From: Gonapodya sp. JEL0774
Taxonomy: Eukaryota
Assembly (NCBI GenBank): GCA_027604505.1
Contig: JADIIX010000006.1
Location: forward strand, 124,001-188,000
DNA: 64,000 nucleotides
Direction of reading: 5' to 3'
In this document: one piece after another, positions 59,784 through 64,000 of the stretch
Numbering within the stretch: the stretch's first letter is position 1
How the letters are laid out: every line of letters starts with the position of its first letter
The notes under the pieces: model-generated
Told to the model about the DNA's origin: nothing
What the model saw: only the letters and a program-made list of their open reading frames with translations
Database searches by the model: none
Program-made: the position numbers and the translations under genes

Positions 59784-61745
59784 ATGGGTCTCTTTGGCAA
59801 TCGCAAGCCTAAACCGGAAGAATCTTCAGTAGCGGCCCAACCTTCTCCCTCTACAGATCCGAAACGTCCCCCTCCTGATGCTTCCAATACTGATTCTACC
59901 GAACCCCAAAAGAAGACCAATCAGAAGGCGGATGGCAAGGGCGGAAAGAACGTGACCAGACAAAATTCGACGTATCCGTTGAAAGATGAGGGGAAGGGAG
60001 GAGTCCACTCAGATGAACATTCAGTGCAGGGGGAAACCGTACGGGCTTCTATGCAGAAGCAACCAAGCAAAGCAACCATTGATGCAAAAAGAAAGGACCG
60101 TCGATATAAAGATGAAGGTTCCTTGAAGAGCGCTGGGAAGACTCCCCATGTCGGTCAGTTGGAGAACAAACCTACGGAGGGAAGTCCGGTGACGGATAAG
60201 TCCGATAAGAAAGGAAAATCCCAAAAGAAGGCATTACCCCCTCTCTCAAAAGCGCAGTCCGTAGCGGGAGAACTGGTTCCCGTCGCTGGAGCAGCAGGTC
60301 AGGATTTAAAGGGTGCAAAATCAACCAGGAACACCAAGGGCGTGGACGGGGAGAAAAATTTGTCCAAGCTATCGCCGGACGAGGCTAAACCAGTATCTCA
60401 GAAGGAAACAGTGAAGCAACCACCCCCTGTAATGGAAGATCGAAAACCGCAGCATCAGCGGCCGCCACCATCAAGCAAATCGCGGCGACGGGACGAACAT
60501 GATTACTTTTCATCGGATGCTGAGACGGACAATTACGAGCTTGAGAATAGGAAACGGAGACAACGCTTAATGGACGAACGAGAGGCAGAACGAGCACATA
60601 GGCGGAAACGACCGGTCTCCGCGTTGAAGAGCATTAAATCTCCCAGCAGGTAAAAGTACTAACTAGTTCACTCATCCCTTTTTGCTGAGCTGGCCCTAGC
60701 ACACATAAGTTCACTTGAGTTATTTTCACCATCAATTTTCAGGGTCCTCCTCGCCAGAGCTTCGATAGGGGGTCCCGATCACGCTCAGGCCGCGGTAAGA
60801 GCTGCTCGATAAACCAGTCCTCGTACGAAGCTTTGCTAATACCACAAGCGCTTTCAAATGGTCATTTTCCAGAACGCTCTTCGTGTTTACTACAGAGGAA
60901 AATTGGACATGGAGCGACGAAAGTACTTGAGCATAGAGGCAGAAAAGAAATGTGAGATGCCATCACTGCCAGTAACTCCGTAATCTCGCAAGAAACTGAA
61001 GTAGCTACTTTGATCAGTCTTGGTGGGACGCGTAAAGGAGATGGAAATTGATTTAGCGAAGGCGAAATCAAGTACTTTGAAAGAAGCACGGCCTCATGAG
61101 TCGAAACTAGGTGTGCAGTCAGAGCTAAAGCGAGTGATGCGATGGTCATTCCTAGATTCTGATGGCGCTTTTTGGTAGTGTTGGACTTGCGGTATCAAAT
61201 CAAGGTGCAGCAACTAGAAATAGCCAAATTGAAGGAGGCGATTCACTCAATGGAGAAGCGCATTCAGGATGAAGCCAAGGTGTGGTTCGAACCTCCCTGC
61301 TCATTCTCGTATGTTTCAGACAATCGTAACCGTACTTTTTTCTTGACAACTCAGTCGAACGAAAAGTTGCAACATATGATTGACAATCAAAAAGAATTAG
61401 GAGCTAGGTGAGTGCTTGGTATGCCACAGGAAGCTTGCAAAACCAACCGATTCCTATACCTTTGCAGGCATGACAGTCACAAAAAGGCACAGTAAGTTGA
61501 TGTTGAGATTCTGACTTGTTCCAACTTTTGTTGAATCGCAAGAGCCTGTTCTCCCTAGACTGGCTAACATTGTAAAAGATCGAGGAGAATTGGAAACCAA
61601 GTTCCGGGAGCTACAAATGGAGCTTGCGAAGGAGCGAAAGGCAAAAGAGTGGAGAGGTGCCGCAAATTATCAACTGGATCTTGAGCGTAAGGAGGCGTAC
61701 GACATAAGCTACAAACGAGATAATGGCATTGAAGATGACACGTGA
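59784..61745 (+). CDS. Hypothetical Lys-rich disordered protein with C-terminal coiled coil
   Basis: 289-codon first exon (MGLFG, possible myristoylation Gly2) followed by small exons (DLRYQIKVQQLEIAKLKE..., ELETKFRELQMELAKE...). Confidence 0.65.
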
Positions 61746-61888
61746 GTTACACCGATGTATTCGTGCTCAGATCAAGCTGATGGTCACATACAAAAGGGAG
61801 GGAGCGACACGAAGAAAACCTCGCGCAGTAGTGGCTCGTGCAAACGATCTTTGAGGGTATGTTTATGTTACGATTATTTGTTTTAAAA

Positions 61889-64000
61889 TTAGAATAGAAT
61901 GCTGCGAAACACTGCAGACCGGCTCTCGCTGCTGATCACTTTCAAAGGCTTCTCCATCCTCGTGAAGCGCTCATGTTGAAGTTTCTGTTGAAGAAGTTTT
62001 AAGACTGCACCATACTTCGAACGCTTCATTTTCAAGACGTCCCAAAATGCACGGAGACCCAACCTTCACGAGGATCTTCATCAGCTTTTCAGCAACATGT
62101 AACTGGCATCTTGTTGCTCACCACTCAACATGGGACTCTGTGATTGTACAAACACAGCGATTTTCCCGAGCAATAACACTGTTGACACGATTCTTAAGGA
62201 TTGCATACGAGAAGTGCACTGTGGTTTCAATAACACCTGTGTTGGGTAACGCAATTAATGACACTCTTCCCTTGGAAGACAGAATTTAAGCACAACCCAC
62301 GCAATACAAATGCAAGGTTGATACACTTCATTTCTTTTAGAAAAGCGTGCATTTTAATCGCGGACAGCTTGAAGTTTTGGTACACATTAAGTAGAACCGT
62401 GGATGGCGAGTTCAATGCGAAATCCAGAAACAGAGGATGGAACTTCGGCTTGACAGACCTCACACACAAAAAACACTTCAGAGTGAAAGTGATCACTACT
62501 TTCGTCTCCAACTCACTGCAAAAGCTTATGTTGTAGGTTTTGGCCAGCTTTCCGCTGAGAGTCCATTGTCAAGTTTTCTCTCACGTCTACCACATAGCGT
62601 AGCGATGTGGATAACACAAGCAATCAACGGTCAGGTCATGTTTCACTCACATGAGTTGGCATACCGTGTATAATCTGCCTTGACAACAAGGGTTCTTGTG
62701 TGAACAAGAATTCCACACCAAGGAAACTCTGTTAACAGTGGGGACAATGTTACGAACATTATATCAGTCACAGAATTTCCACTGTTGGATAGATGGACTG
62801 ATCCAATATCCGGCTATCTTACCCAGGGGGTTGCATTGTTCCTTAACACCTGTCGGGTTCCAGTCCTGAAGCTGTTTAAGTCGCTTGCCTTCAACCTCAA
62901 TGTCAAAATTGACAAGAGTTTTCGATTTGTTAATGAAACAGCCGTATTCCGGGTGTCCTGTCCACTCAACGACAGTTTAGTATGTTTATTCTATAACGAG
63001 GAAAATGTAAAAAATTACCTTGATGCATCACCTCCAGAAACCTACTCGCCTTCTCTTTCGAGGTAGAGATATACAAGAAATCGTCAATGAGACGCAAGAG
63101 AACCTGCTCGGTACAACAGAGATCAGGCTGTCTTTCCGAGCTTTAATTTCGTGCACTCGCGAATTCTCACGCCATCATCTCCTGTAGTGAAGGACAAAAC
63201 ATTTCGCTCCAGATCACCATAGAAAAAGCTAAGAAGGGACATTAGAAATGAACGCTCATGGACTTCTTTGAAGATCTGCACTGACCTGCAGAGTAATGAT
63301 GACAGAACAGACCCCTGTGGTATCCCCACAATTTGGCGATAGAACTTCTTGCCCATCTTCACAATGTTGTTGCGGATATGTTCCTCAACGAGTTGAATGA
63401 GCTCATCACGAAGCTCGTACGGGTAAACGACCTGAGCCGTGAGCGCCGAAACGAACTTTGTAGAACTTGCAGACCCGATGTGCGGAAGCGTACGTACTTG
63501 ATCCACGAAAACTGCGTTCCTCAGTATTTGTGCCAGACCTGCAGAAAATTCTGAAAACTGCATAAAATCGTCTTGAGCAGAACAGCAAATGCGATGTTGT
63601 CAAATATGGCATGATCCGGGTAATCTGAAAGTAATGCGTACTGGCGTCACCGGCCTTCTTGACGTAGGTCTTCTTTATTTGACCAGCTGATGGGTAGATC
63701 ATGGAGTATTTCTGCACTATATACTCATCCTCCAGAGGAGATCAACCGACACGATACTGTACTCAAGCCGAAAACGGATTTTTCCTCACCAGTGTCAGAA
63801 TTTTGTTTAAGATTTCGAGAAGCTTTGTGTGTGTAAGGCTATCAAAAGCCGCTTTGACGTCCACCTTCGCGAAGAAGAGCTTCGGCAACTTGTGAGATGT
63901 ACCGCCTCCCGCGGCTTCTCTTTGAAGTCGTTGTCGGAAAGACTTAAGACTAGCGTAGATCTCGTTCATGCCAAGAACAGATCCCCCAAAGAGCTCCGGG
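61889..64000 (-). CDS. TERT: Telomerase reverse transcriptase, 3' part (RT motifs A-E and C-terminal extension)
   Basis: Motif A LFFAKVDVKAAFDSL, B' YRQIVGIPQGSVLSSLLC|SFFYG, C LLRLIDDFLYIS, D GHPEYGCFINKSKT, E FPWCGILV; ends FRSILF*. Confidence 0.97.

Noticed and set aside
61889..64000. Reverse transcriptase as a retroelement
   Set aside because: TERT-specific motifs, multiple spliceosomal introns, and no LTR, endonuclease or integrase.

Overview
Gene-dense, intron-rich eukaryotic DNA with short (mostly ~50-80 nt) spliceosomal introns. It is almost certainly from an early-diverging zoosporic fungus (chytrid/monoblepharid-like), because fungal-type genes (GUP1, SSZ1-like Hsp70, MTAP, ACS-family MFS) sit beside motile-axoneme genes (ZMYND12, CFAP299, CCDC96). 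About 23 protein-coding genes were assembled by hand across introns, including SNU114/EFTUD2, XRN2/RAT1, HMG-CoA lyase, 3-hydroxyisobutyrate dehydrogenase, a ~2,000-aa HMMR_C coiled-coil protein and the 3' half of TERT. Several features are invisible in the ORF track: a plant-type LRR receptor-like ectodomain running off the left edge, the 60-nt exon holding the basic region of a polyQ bZIP factor, a divergent Ras-like P-loop protein whose Walker A is split by an intron, a 4-nt micro-exon, and a GMC-oxidoreductase pseudogene abutting the SNU114 start. I found no convincing rRNA, tRNA, CRISPR array or transposon, and I cannot demonstrate a new multi-gene system. All assignments come from motif recognition without database searches, and exon boundaries are manual.
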